A stretch of 63,834 nucleotides of DNA, filler included, from Reticulomyxa filosa (Eukaryota > Protista > Foraminifera): assembly GCA_000512085.1 (NCBI GenBank). It is 19 parts of 19 records of this genome, joined end to end, with 100 filler letters (N's around TTAATTAATTAA, not from the genome) between each part and the next. Parts side by side here need not be neighbours in the genome. Positions count along the whole stretch, not along the records: positions 35,329 to 40,435 come from ASPP01019491.1; positions 40,536 to 43,795 come from ASPP01004363.1; positions 43,896 to 45,307 come from ASPP01038366.1; positions 45,408 to 49,600 come from ASPP01023445.1; positions 49,701 to 58,066 come from ASPP01019555.1; 14 more parts are not named here. The stretch is one strand, 5' to 3'. Within the stretch, counting starts at the first letter, position 1. Each line of letters begins with the position of its first letter. Both the position numbers and the translations under genes were made by a program. Below are positions 38,162 through 50,247 of the stretch, in pieces. The notes beneath the pieces are model-generated. The model was not told the origin of the DNA and made no database searches. It saw only the letters and a program-made list of their open reading frames with translations.

Positions 38162-39129
38162 ATTTCGTTTATTTTTTTTTTACTCTTGTTTAATTGTGAT
38201 TTCACTTCAACAATTTCGCAGTTTTTTTCAATTAAGTGACGGGATTTTCTTTCACAAAAAACTTTGAACACCTACTTTCTAAACATATTCATCAGACCTA
38301 TTTCAGCTACTTCAATTACTATAAGCACTCGTTTAGTCTGAAGAAAGGATAAATTTAATAAAAAATTTTGTCAAAAATAATCTTGAAACTAGTATTATAA
38401 TCCTCAAATTTATAAATACAATCAAAAAGTACAAAGTCACCAGTGAAACTCTTGTTGAAACTTTGTCTCTTTTACTCATTCCATTGTTTCAAGGTCAATG
38501 TATATCACAACAAGAAATTTTTATTTATGAAAGAATAAAACTAATGCATGTCACTCTTTTCATATAATTCAATACAAATTTATTTGGAATGCAAAAGATT
38601 GGCGCATAAACAGACATTATATATTATGTCATATGCAAATGACAGCACAAAAGTATTTGTGTTTGGTTCCTTTTTTGTTTTAAAAAGAAATCAATTATGA
38701 ACATTTTCTCAGCTTAATTTATTTTTAGATGTAATAATATGTTACATCCGAAACGACAAGAAATTAAATAGTCGTTGTAATATTAAAGCAAAGAAATATG
38801 TATTGATTTGTTATTAAATAAGTAATATTCAATTCCCTTGAGAATTTTTTACAACTTCGAAAAGATATAACCAACAACTCGCAAATAGAAGATGGCTTAT
38901 CAAGTTTAATACTCAATCGAAATATGCTCAAATCTCAAATAAAAATCTGATGTAAGTGATATTATGCCATATATGATGTACAAAATTTTTTTAATGCTTA
39001 TTTTTTGATATTCATATAGATAAAATTATTTATATCTTTGTTGAATTTTAAACAACAAATAAAGACTTTCAAATAACATGTGTAAATACAAGGCTTAAAG
39101 AATTTTCTAAAACTTGCAGTTGGTTTCCA

Positions 39130-39545
39130 CATATTCGTATTGTTTATCTCCTGAATAGGATAAGATATTTAAACCATTTGGTGATAATTGAATTCCTTTT
39201 ACATCATTTGTATGTCCTTCCAATAATTGAAGCTGTTAATATTTGAATAGTGTTATCATGTGAGTATGATAATCTTTGATCCATTGAATATGAATTGTGC
39301 TCCATTTACAAAAGCTTCATGTCTTCTAATAATAGAAGTTGTGTTCCAGAAAATACATCCCATATTCGAATGGATGTATCATCTGAACATGAAAGAATTT
39401 TAGAATCATCTGATGAAAATTGTACCTTGTTCACTGGACTTGAATGTCCACTTAGTAATTGAATTTGTTTTCCAGATGATACATCACATATTCGAATAGT
39501 GTTGTCCGATGAACAAGATACAATCTTAGAATCATCTGATGAAAC
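39130..39545 (-). pseudogene. Degenerate WD40-repeat fragment
   Basis: SSDDSKIVSCSSDNTIRICDVSSGKQIQLLSGHSSPVNKVQFSSDDSKILSCSDDTSIRIWD, then frameshifts. Confidence 0.75.
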
Positions 39546-39549
39546 CAAT

Positions 39550-39870
39550 AACGTGAATAATTACGATGGTTTGATATTTATATGGTGCGATCATGGAAGT
39601 ACAACGATTGAGGGAGACATATTGATTACCTCAGATCAAGGTAATACACACAAATATCTTAATGACGTTGTGGATATATTTACCAATCAAACTAATGCAT
39701 TTGCAGATAAGCCCCATGATATTTATCAAAAATGTGTGTCGAACAGCGGAGATAATTTGAAATGGATTATCAAATTAATCAAAGAAAATGCACTTTCGGA
39801 ACGAATTGTTCAACATATGTCAAACTCTTCATCACAATGTCTATGTTTACAAACATATACGTAGATCATA
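39550..39870 (+). pseudogene. Caspase-like (peptidase C14) domain remnant
   Basis: NYDGLIFIWCDHG...GDILITSD....LNDVVDIFTNQTNAFADKP resembles caspase p20 (catalytic His motif and the KP of KPK). The segment carrying the catalytic Cys is not evident. Confidence 0.5.
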
Positions 39871-40535
39871 AATAAAGTCGAAACTCCAGGAATTGTGATG
39901 ATAGCATAATAACGGCTCGCTATCAGTCGCAACAAATAATGTATCATAAATTACTTACTATACTATACTCTTCGATTCTCCGGTTACAACAGGTAAAAGA
40001 AGAGATGACAAAATGGGTGCTTCTGCCTGGCCTTTACAAATAATCATTGTGTTATGAACTAATACTGATCCAAGGTTTTGATACTTCATCGATTGCAACC
40101 TATTATATGCATCCAGTGGAATAAATGAATACACGACAACGAAGACTGAACTGCCACGATCAAACCAGAATACTATCGATGCAATACCATCCATGACATA
40201 TTTCGAATCAAGATCCCAATTCCAATAATCTTGAAACAAAAAGTCGCTCCATAATAACTTTCGACGTCATTGATTATTGAGGCACTACAAAGTTTTGACA
40301 CAAAGAAAAAAGAAAGATGGTTGATTTACCCTTGCTTGGACGAAATTGTGGAAAGAATTGCGATATTTTCATCACCGAAAACTTCAAGCTTGACAAGCTT
40401 TCTAATAAAAGTTTATTTACATGACACACTTTAAANNNNNNNNNNNNNNNNNNNNNNNNNNNNNNNNNNNNNNNNNNNNTTAATTAATTAANNNNNNNNN
40501 NNNNNNNNNNNNNNNNNNNNNNNNNNNNNNNNNNN

Positions 40536-41249
40536 ACGAATTGTTTTGTCAAATGATCCAGAACACAAATATCTACCACCATTAAATTGTGAAAATTCAA
40601 TACCACAAACACCATTAGTGTGTCCATTAAATATTTGTAATTGTTGATTATTTTTAAAATCCCAAAAACGAATAGTATCATCAAATGATGAAGAACAAAT
40701 GACATTTTGACGATGGTTATAATAATGATATGGTGAAAATTTTACACAATTTACATCATCTGAATGTTCATTGAATGATTTAACTTGTTTAGCAATATAT
40801 ATATTACATACACGAACTGTTTTATCTTTTGATCCAGAACAAATAAATTGACAATCATTAAATGTTGAATAATCAATACTCCACACATTACTGGTATGCC
40901 CGGTGAATGTTTTAAGTAATTTAGATGATGAACGAAACGTGTCAAATATGAAGATAGTTGCCTGTGTCATGTTATGATTATGGATGATAATAACAAATAA
41001 ATATTGGAATCATTTGAACGAAAAAAAAAAAAAAAATCATAACATAATTGACAACAAGTTTGTCAAACTCATGAATCCATCCTAATTTAATATTTGATGT
41101 TCGAATCCAATGTTGTACAATTATTTGAATTTTTTCTTCTTCAGACTGTTTTAATCACAAATTACATACGATAAATAAAAAACTTTACGAAAGTTTGTAA
41201 GAACGCTTACCAATGTTGAACTTTGTTTCTCATTGTTAAGAGTTGTCAT
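40536..41249 (-). CDS. WD40-repeat protein (expanded family), 3'-partial
   Basis: Leader exon MTTLNNEKQ, exon SEEEKIQIIVQHWIRTSNIKLGWIHEFDKLVVNY, then FDTFRSSSKLLKTFTGH and WD repeats. Confidence 0.85.
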
Positions 41250-43309
41250 TTTTTGGACTTCTTTTGATGTAAAATGGAAAATGAGTTAGCTTTTTTCTCT
41301 CAAGAGCAATGAAAGGGATTGTCAAAAATGTGTTGAAAAACATGAAAAATGGGTTTTAAAAATATATGTGATTTTTTTAAAATTTGTCCAAAATTGGATA
41401 TGACATGTACATTACAAGTTATTTTTTTTCAAAAGATTTTCAATTTTTTTTTTTTTTCAGTTTTGAGAATGATATTGAAATAAAAAGTGTAATCTAAAAG
41501 AGTATTAAAAATACTACATATGAATTCATATACATAGAAAAAGCAAGAAATCAAGAAGCAACAGGAAGTATAAAAAAAGAAACTGAGTAAGATGGAAAAG
41601 AAAAAAGCAAAGAGGATGAGAAAACTGGCATAAAGTCAATTCTTCAACAATCTTGACAAAAATTGGATTTTACAACTGAATAATGAAAATATGAACGATT
41701 GGATTTGTCCGCGATAAGTTGAACAAGGACAAACGCATGAACTTGTGAAATGTGATTTTAAAGGAAAGATTAAGCATGTAGACAATTTTTGGAAAATTCT
41801 TGTTATTACAAGTACAGTAATTTACAAAAAAAACGCACATCTAAAAAAAAGGACTTTTTTAGTATTTGATTTGTATATCTTTATTGAAAAGAGCTAAAGT
41901 AAAAATAATTTTGTAGATACATAGAACAAATCACATAATATCTTTCATCAGGAGTTTGAAAAATTGAATGTTAAAAAAAACTATCTTACGAAACAAATAA
42001 TTTAATATTAGTCAGTATAATTAATTTTAAACTTTTAACGCAAAATAAACACAGAAGAAAGTAAAAAATATTATGGGGAAGCAACATAAATTTCATCAGG
42101 TGGTTCTAAAGTTATTTCATATTCAAATGACAACACTATTAAAATATGGGGTGTATTTTTAGAAAAAAAAAATGAAAGTACTGGAAGAAGATAATGGAGT
42201 TATTAATTACATTTATTTATCATCCGATGATTTAAAATCAGTGTCATGCTCTCGTAGATAGTGATAAAGAAAAAAATCATCGATTAATGATACAACCAAA
42301 AATAGAAACATCATTATTTGTTTACAAAGGATACAATCATTAATTAGCAATTGAGACAATCTATTTTATCTGATGTTATCCAAAATATTCTATAATTAAT
42401 TTCATTGTTGAACTATTTGGAAAATCATTATTGTTATGAACAAAACAATAAGTAGATTACTACTTAATATAACCAATTTGTATTTTATTACGTGTTGATT
42501 TAATTATTTTTTTTCTCCAAGTCTTTCAAATCTTTCAAATCAAAAACAGAAAGACAAACAAATTTCACTTCATTTTAGAAATTGTCTGCAAGTGGAAAGC
42601 TATGTTTTCTACTCTAATTTTATCCAAAAAAAAAAACTTAGATTAAAATTTACTATCGGAGTATAAATAATTTGTAGTTTCTATTTAAAAAATAATAACA
42701 AATTAAAATTAAAACAAAAGGTTATATATTTTAATAAATCCTCTTTGCAATGGTCTAAAGAAATATCAATTCATGCTTTGTGCATCAAATATCTTTTACG
42801 ATAAAGTAATCTAAAAAAGAAGTATATAACTTATTCAACTATTTCGAAGTAATTCATGAAAAACATATCATTTATGTAATTTATTGAATTTATGTTTCAA
42901 AGTTGGATAAACAAATTTTTACTTTTCAAGCTTACAAAGCAATAATCAATTTAAAAATAAGGAACAAATACATTTAAAGTTTATAAAAGCACTTTTTATC
43001 TCCATATTAAAATTATTTTTTGTCTTTAAACATTTTTTAGAACTACAAAAAAATTTAAAAAGCTGTCTTTAAAGTTTTTGTTGAAAATCTTTTGAAAAAA
43101 AACTTGTTGAAAACTGAGTATACACGTATAACACAAACTTAAAAAAAAATTTCTTGTCTTCATTGAAAAAAACTAACATGTTTGTTAAAATCATGTTTTT
43201 CATGTTGCCAAAATATTTTTGAAAACCACTTTCATTGCCCCTTAGAGGAAAAAAAGTTTAATATCTTCCATTTTACATCATCAAAAAACGAACTTAAGAA
43301 AAAAATAAA

Positions 43310-43795
43310 ATGACAACTCTTAGTAATGAGAAGCAAACTCCAACACAACTAGCGTTGGTAAGTTTTACTACAAGCTTTCAGAAAGTTTTCTGTTTTATTT
43401 ATCGTATGTAATTTGTGATTAAAACAGTCTGAAGAAGAAAAGATTCAAGTAATTATAAAACATTGGATTCGAATATTGAAAATTAAATTAGGATGGATTC
43501 ATGAGTTTGACAAAATGGTTGTCAATTATGTTAGTTAATTTATTCTTTTTTTAAAAAAAAATATTAATCAAAATATTCAAATGTTTATTTAATATAGACA
43601 TCTACTGCTATGTTTGACACATTTCGTTCATCAGCCAAATTAATCAAAACATTCAGTAGACATACAAACATTTGTGGGGTGTTGATTATTCAACATTTGA
43701 TGATTGTCAATTGATTTGTTCTGGATCACAAGATAAAACAATTCATGTATGGGATGTTGATAACAACAAACAAATTCAATCATTCAATGGATATT
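43310..43795 (+). pseudogene. WD40 family paralog, divergent to the 40536-41249 gene; frameshifted, 3'-partial
   Basis: MTTLSNEKQ leader, SEEEKIQVIIKHWIRILKIKLGWIHEFDKMVVNY, FDTFRSSAKLIKTF, a frameshift, then DYSTFDDCQLICSGSQDKTIHVWD. Confidence 0.65.
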
Positions 43796-45407
43796 NNNNN
43801 NNNNNNNNNNNNNNNNNNNNNNNNNNNNNNNNNNNNNNNTTAATTAATTAANNNNNNNNNNNNNNNNNNNNNNNNNNNNNNNNNNNNNNNNNNNNCTGCT
43901 TCATAAGAGCTCCAAGTTTAGTACTTTTAGTCTACAAAGATAAAAGCATCTTTGTTAAATTATGATATGTTACAATATACTATATTTTACAATTGCACAT
44001 ATACATATAAATGTATTGTAATTTTTTTAATGCAGCAACAAATACCACAGCACTTATTGCAAGACATAAAGAGATATGAATGGAAGATTATTGTCGTTTT
44101 CAACATATACCACTTCAGCCAGCATCGCCGTCTTCTACGAATACTTCAATCGTGAACAGTATTTGATTTCTGCGTTATTCAACACATATATGTGAAGCAT
44201 GCATTATTCCGTTGCTTTGAAAAGATTTAAAAAATGTATTATCAAAGAAAGATAAATTTATAGTTAAGTGTTATTTTTGTATATGCGTTGTTTGTAAACA
44301 GATACTCTAACAGCACAAGCGTGTGCTTCACATTAAATGACTGCTGAATGTTATTTGAAAAATTCGAAGAAGTGGTTAATGCAGTAAACCGTGATATGGG
44401 GCGCTGACATAAAGCGAACGATCGACGATAGTCAACCAAGAACTTCAGTTTGTTTAACCACAAGAACAAAATCAAATTGGCAGGTTTGCAATTACTTGCT
44501 ATCTATTAACTGTAATTCTTATTTTTTGCAGAAGTGTTGCAAATGTATTTGGATTTACGCAGCTCCAAAACATATGCGTGCTATACAAACATTGCTTTAC
44601 TTTACATACCCCAAAGTGATTGCCACGCACATACTGAATAGTATACAAGAGATTGCATCAAGAAAGAGACCGCAAAGTAACATTTTGTCTGAAGAAAGTA
44701 AGTAGATTTAAAGAATTGGCCAATGGAACTATCAATTCGGAATTATGCGTCTTGTTGGTGTGGCTTGATTGAATACAATGAAGGCCTTGTGGGAATCCTG
44801 AAAAGCACACAACAAGCATCGCATTCGCTACCTGTACACGTTAATGAGTGACAATAGCAAAGATCGGACCAAGGAAATGTTCACGAAAAAAGTAATATAC
44901 TGGTCCCTTCGATGCTGAAATCGCATCAAGAGATCAACATACCTTGGAGGAATCCGGCATTATAATGTCTTATTTCGTCTTTTTTACTCCGCAGGCCAAG
45001 TTTTTGGAGCTATCATTCGGCGGCAAGATCAATAATGACAGAAAAAAAAGAAAAAAAGAAAAGATTGAATACAAACACTAAAGCACCAATACAAAAAATC
45101 AAAACTACTAACATTTCCCGATAAAATCTGACATGAACCAGAGCAATTAATAAATAAATATAAAAAACATATTAGCATTGTAATGTGATATAAAGTCAAT
45201 TGAACAACAATATAAAACTAAATGACAAAATGACTCAATTGTATGTGACTATCTTGCAATAAGCTAATATTAAATTGTTTTTGTCATAGAAGAATTCTGA
45301 TTTCAGANNNNNNNNNNNNNNNNNNNNNNNNNNNNNNNNNNNNNNNNNNNNTTAATTAATTAANNNNNNNNNNNNNNNNNNNNNNNNNNNNNNNNNNNNN
45401 NNNNNNN

Positions 45408-47066
45408 CGAAGAACGGGTGTGACGATTCTCCAAGCCTCTCTGAGTTCATCATCACGAACGAAGAGAGATTGATCTCCCTCCATGCAATCCAAAAGCAGT
45501 CTCGTGTAAGCAGCAGGCAAGACAAAGTGATGTCCGAAGCGCGTCTGATATGTCAAATCCAAGTACGTAGGGTACGTAGATTGAAACCTAGCAAAGCCCG
45601 GAGTTTTGGTATTGAGTCGCAGCCAAATGGCCTCCGAGGGTTGCAATCGAATGACAAGTTCGTTGATGACGGCATCAGGATACAGTGACAGTTCATCATT
45701 TTTGAATTGGATGCGAATCTCTGCATTTTTATTATCTAACGCTTTGCCGCACTTGCAAATGAAGGGTACCCCATTCCATCTTCGATTTTGCACAAACAGC
45801 ACCATTTGCGCAAACGTGACTTGCTTGCTCGTTGGATTCAATTTCTTGATCGACGGGTCTTGTAAATACGACGGCAGCTTCCCATCGGCCGATGCTCCGT
45901 ATTGGCCAACAACAAAAAAAGGGGGTTGGCTGATGCTCCCATTTGCTTGACTTCCAACCGTTGTTGTTGTTGTTGTTGGCTGTTTTTGCTGTTTTTGTTG
46001 TGAGTTGCCGAATTTGCGGCGTGGCGATCGCTTTCAGCACTTTAACTTTTTCGGTTCGAATGTCATCCGCTTGCAAATGAACAGGAGCTTCCATGGCGAT
46101 CAAGCACAAGATTTGCAACAAATGGTTTTGGAATACGTCACGAATCACACCATACTCGTCGTAGTAGCCACCACGACCGTCCACTCCTTCCGTCTCCTTG
46201 ATCGATATCTTCACGCACTTGATCGACCTTCGATCCCATAAACTGTCCCACAATGTGTTGCTGAAACGTAACACCAACAGATTCTGCACCATTTCTTTGG
46301 CCAAGTAGTGGTCGATACGATAGATCTCGCTCTCTTCCAAATGCTCGCCCATTGCTGCTAATAACTTCTCACACGACTCGCTGTCTTCGCCAAACGGCTT
46401 TTCCACAATCACTCGTTTCCACCCTATTTCTGCTTCTTCTTCTTCTTTTTTTTTGGAGTGATCATCTCTGTTTTTGATTGGGTGGTGAGACAGGTGCTTC
46501 TTGATCTTTTCGCTGAGTTGGCCAAACACGTTTGGTGGCGTTGCCAAGTAAAACAACCGGTTCGCTGCTTTCGTTTTACACTTTAGCGATTCTTTCTTTA
46601 TCTTTTCGTTTTCCAACTCTTTCATATACTCTCCCAATTTTTTTAATGAGTCGTCGTTGTCATAGCCTTCACCCTTAATAATTTTTTTTTTTTTTTATAA
46701 AAATTGGTTGAGTCAGCAATTTTTATGAGGTTACAAAAATATTAAAACCTGAAAATAAGTGCAGTAAGATAAAAACTCTTGCAACCGATCTCCCAATTTC
46801 AAACTTTCGCTGATTTGCGCGTGAAACTCCTTCTGCGTCAATTTACTTCTTGCGTAGCCAATTATGTTCAGCGTTTTTGGAAGTACCTTTTCCTGGAATA
46901 AATCTGCTAAACTTGGGTAGGTTTTGGTACGCGCCAAATGACCACTTGCGCCAAATACCACTATTGTCAGAGGCGTTTTGCTCAAACGCACTCGCAAGCG
47001 CTCAATCACATGTTCATGCTCTTTTTCTGGCTCTTCTTGAATAGTGTCGGTTTTAAGAGAGGACAT
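45408..47066 (-). CDS. G6PD: Glucose-6-phosphate 1-dehydrogenase (intron ~46674-46750; homopolymer frameshift ~45920; 3'-partial)
   Basis: IVVFGASGHLARTKTYP, IIGYARS, RLFYLATPP, RVIVEKPFG, IYRIDHYLAKEMVQN, GRGGYYDEYGVIRDVFQNHLLQ, RWNGVPF..CGKAL, NELVIRLQPSEAI, AYTRLLLDC..G..SLFVRDDEL..AWRI. Confidence 0.95.
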
Positions 47067-48353
47067 TATCTTTTTTTTTTTTAAGAATACCCTTCGTTAT
47101 TTTAGGGGTTTTTCGAACGGTAAGGAGATAAATTCCTTGTTGTCAAGAGGAGGATTGTACGCATATCATAAAAAAAAAGATGATCCCACAACAGACGCTC
47201 ATTGCTTGTGAGGAGAACAAAAAAATGTAAATATATTTTGTTTCACAAACAAAGAATTTCTTTGAAATTTGTCCATGAGCAGCTGCCACTCACTAGTTGC
47301 ATCTCTCTATTATCACTTTATTGAACAGAAGAATGTCAAAAATGTTCCAAGCAAAACTAGTGTACTTTGTATTGTCTGTGCGTGTTTTTCTCTAAATTAC
47401 AAGAAATATAATACAAGAATTAGAGATGATCGAACTAAAATGAAGATGAGCAAAAATGTTGACACAAATACATTCAAATTCTGCATTGCCTAGCGAACAA
47501 GCCAATTCAAACAAATGCTATCAAAATGGAAAAAAACTGTTTGCGGAAACAGATGGTTCTGAAAGAATAGTTCCAGCTAACAATGCGAAGCTCAATCATT
47601 AAATGGCTTGATACAGGATAGAATGTGTTTAAATGAAACTTATTTATACGAGCCGTTATTATATGATCTTTTAATATACTTATTATATCATTACATTATA
47701 TAACCAACAAATTTGTCAATGCAATAAATTTTTTTTTAATTCAGTGAAAAAAAATGTGATGGAGTTGGTAATATGTAAACATATTTTACAATCACAAAAG
47801 TAACGTGTAAATGTTTATCTTGACTAACTGACGCAATTATTGTGCTGCGTTATTTTCAACAATTTTAGATAACAATCAATTCCTAACTCATTTGACAACA
47901 AGTTTGTTGAAATGTTAGATCCATCCTAATTTAATGTTTAATATTCGGATCCAATGAAGGGGTGCAAACTGAAAGAAAGTAATTATTCAAAATTAAGTAA
48001 TGGTAAAATTGTTGATGAACTGAAAAGTATGTAATAAAAGGCAATATATGCATCATTTTATTCTTTGGTAGATCAGATTTCTATATTATTAAAAATCAGT
48101 ACGCAAATATTCAATTAAAAAAAAAACGTGGATTATGTTTCAAAAACACTTTACCCGGTACATTGGGCGGTTGCGCTGCAATACTAAGATGTATAAATTT
48201 AACCATGCAATAGTTTTTGCATGACATTCATTTTTTTGCTTTAAAAAATCGCAATAAAGGTAATCAAAATTACATCTTTTATTCTTTGTACCAAAGCAAT
48301 GATTATTTATTTTAATGTTACGATAAAATACATATGTCAAATTTTTTTATCGA

Positions 48354-49600
48354 CTATACACAAATATGAATTGGGCCTCTATATGAACCATAACACAAAT
48401 TAGTACCACATCTATTATCATTATTGCTTTTTAATTGTATAAATTTAAGACATAATATTCCATAATCTTTATTATCTCCGTCAATAATATACAATTCACT
48501 CCTATTTGATCGAATATCCCAAAATCGAATTGTATTATCACTTGATCCAGAACATATTACATTTGAACTACCAACTTCGATATTATTTACTACAAATGGT
48601 GAATATTCAACAGTATATACTGAATATTTGTGTCCATTGAACACTTGGATTTGTTGACCAGATCGAATATCCCACAAACGAACACTTTTATCACTTGATC
48701 CAGATATTATTGTATTTGCACCATCAATATTTCTTAATTTATTTGATCCATATTTTACGCAATTTACATTATCTTCATGTCCTTTGAATACAGTTAATTG
48801 TTTTATTGTTTCAATATCCCATATTCGAATGGTTTTATCTATTGACCCAGAACAAATTGTATATCCATTTCCACCAATCGCACCAATATTATTACTTTTA
48901 TTATCATTGTCATTGTTGTTGTTTTGCAATGGTGAAATATCAACACACCAAACACCTTTCGTATGTCCATTGAAAATATGTAATGATTTATACGTTTCAA
49001 CATCCCATAAACGAATAGTGTCGTCATATGACACAGAACACAAATATCTACCACCACTAAATGATGAAAATTCAATTCTACAAACAGCGCTTGTGTGCTC
49101 ATTGAGTAATTTTAATTGTCGATTATTTTTGACATCCCAAAAACGAATAGTTTTGTCAAGAGATGCAGAACAAATAACACGACGGTTGTTTCTATAGTGA
49201 TGATATTGTGAAAATTTCACACAATATACAGAACCTGAATGACGATTGAATGATTGAATTTGTTGATTTGTCTCAATATCCCATAAACGAACTGTTTTAT
49301 CAGCTGATCCAGAACAAATGCACTGAGTATCATCGAGTGTTAAATAATCAATACTATTTGCACAATTTGTGTGTCCAGTAAAAGTTTTAAGTAGTTTGGA
49401 TGATGAAAAAAATATCTCAAGCATGAAGAAGTTAGTTGCCTGTATTCAATTATGAGCAAATAAATATTTTTATCGAATACAACAAACAACAAATAAACTT
49501 AACATATTTAACAACAAGTCGGTCGAAATCATGGATCCATCCTAATTTGATATCTAATATTCTGACCCAATATTTAATGATTACTTTGATTTCTTCTTCT
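48354..49600 (-). CDS. WD40-repeat protein (expanded family), 5'-partial
   Basis: ORF 48354..49424 with 7 WD repeats, plus the upstream family exon EEEIKVIIKYWVRILDIKLGWIHDFDRLVVKY at ~49505-49600. Confidence 0.9.
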
Positions 49601-49740
49601 NNNNNNNNNNNNNNNNNNNNNNNNNNNNNNNNNNNNNNNNNNNNTTAATTAATTAANNNNNNNNNNNNNNNNNNNNNNNNNNNNNNNNNNNNNNNNNNNN
49701 ATCATACCTAGTACATATTAATCATGACTGACGTATCATA

Positions 49741-49861
49741 TACATTATGTTGCAAAGAAAACTGAACGCCTAAAACGATAAATGTTGATTTTTCATTGAG
49801 AAAATCAATTATCATCATAAGATATGTTTTAGGCGTTCAGTTTTCTTTGCAACCTACTGTA
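49741..49861. mobile_element. MITE, Tc1/mariner (pogo-like) type: ~117 bp with ~34-bp TIRs and flanking TA
   Basis: TA|CATTATGTTGCAAAGAAAACTGAACGCCTAAAAC ... GTTTTAGGCGTTCAGTTTTCTTTGCAACCTACTG|TA. The inner 28 bp are a perfect inverted repeat (49749-49776 / 49826-49853). Confidence 0.7.
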
Positions 49862-50247
49862 GTTTGAGCTTATCTATTTACTTTTTTGGATTTTATTCCA
49901 TTAATTTTTGGTTATTACATTTATGTTGTATTAACAGGAATAACATTTTGTTTTCTTTTTGTTTTATGCTTTATGCTCTGTCTGAGACTAAGTGGCAAAC
50001 TTGCTTTGTAAGTGTCCTTGTTGCTCATTGCTTCTTTAAAAATTTTTTTAAAAAGAAAGCATGTAGTGATAAATCTGTGCAAACATAAGTTTTCAAATAT
50101 TTTTAGTTAATTATGTAGGAATCCAATAACTCTCACTCTCTTTGGCCGACCATAAATTCTACTATTTTTTTAACGATCAAGTAGCTTTTTATTTAATGTC
50201 TGACCGTTTACATTAAAAAAGGGTTTTTCCCAAGTGTAAGAAGGTTT

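Noticed and set aside
39958-40435. Minus-strand 93-aa ORF next to the caspase-like remnant
   Set aside because: No motif I can identify, and the upstream frame is disrupted.
43896-45307. Contig with coding-like composition around 44350-45040
   Set aside because: Frames are broken by stops and no motif could be recognised. Possibly a decayed gene, but not supportable.
49749-49853. CRISPR-like repeat starting GTTTTAG/GTTGCA
   Set aside because: Only two copies in inverted orientation, no direct-repeat/spacer array, no cas genes, and a eukaryotic context. It fits a TIR element better.
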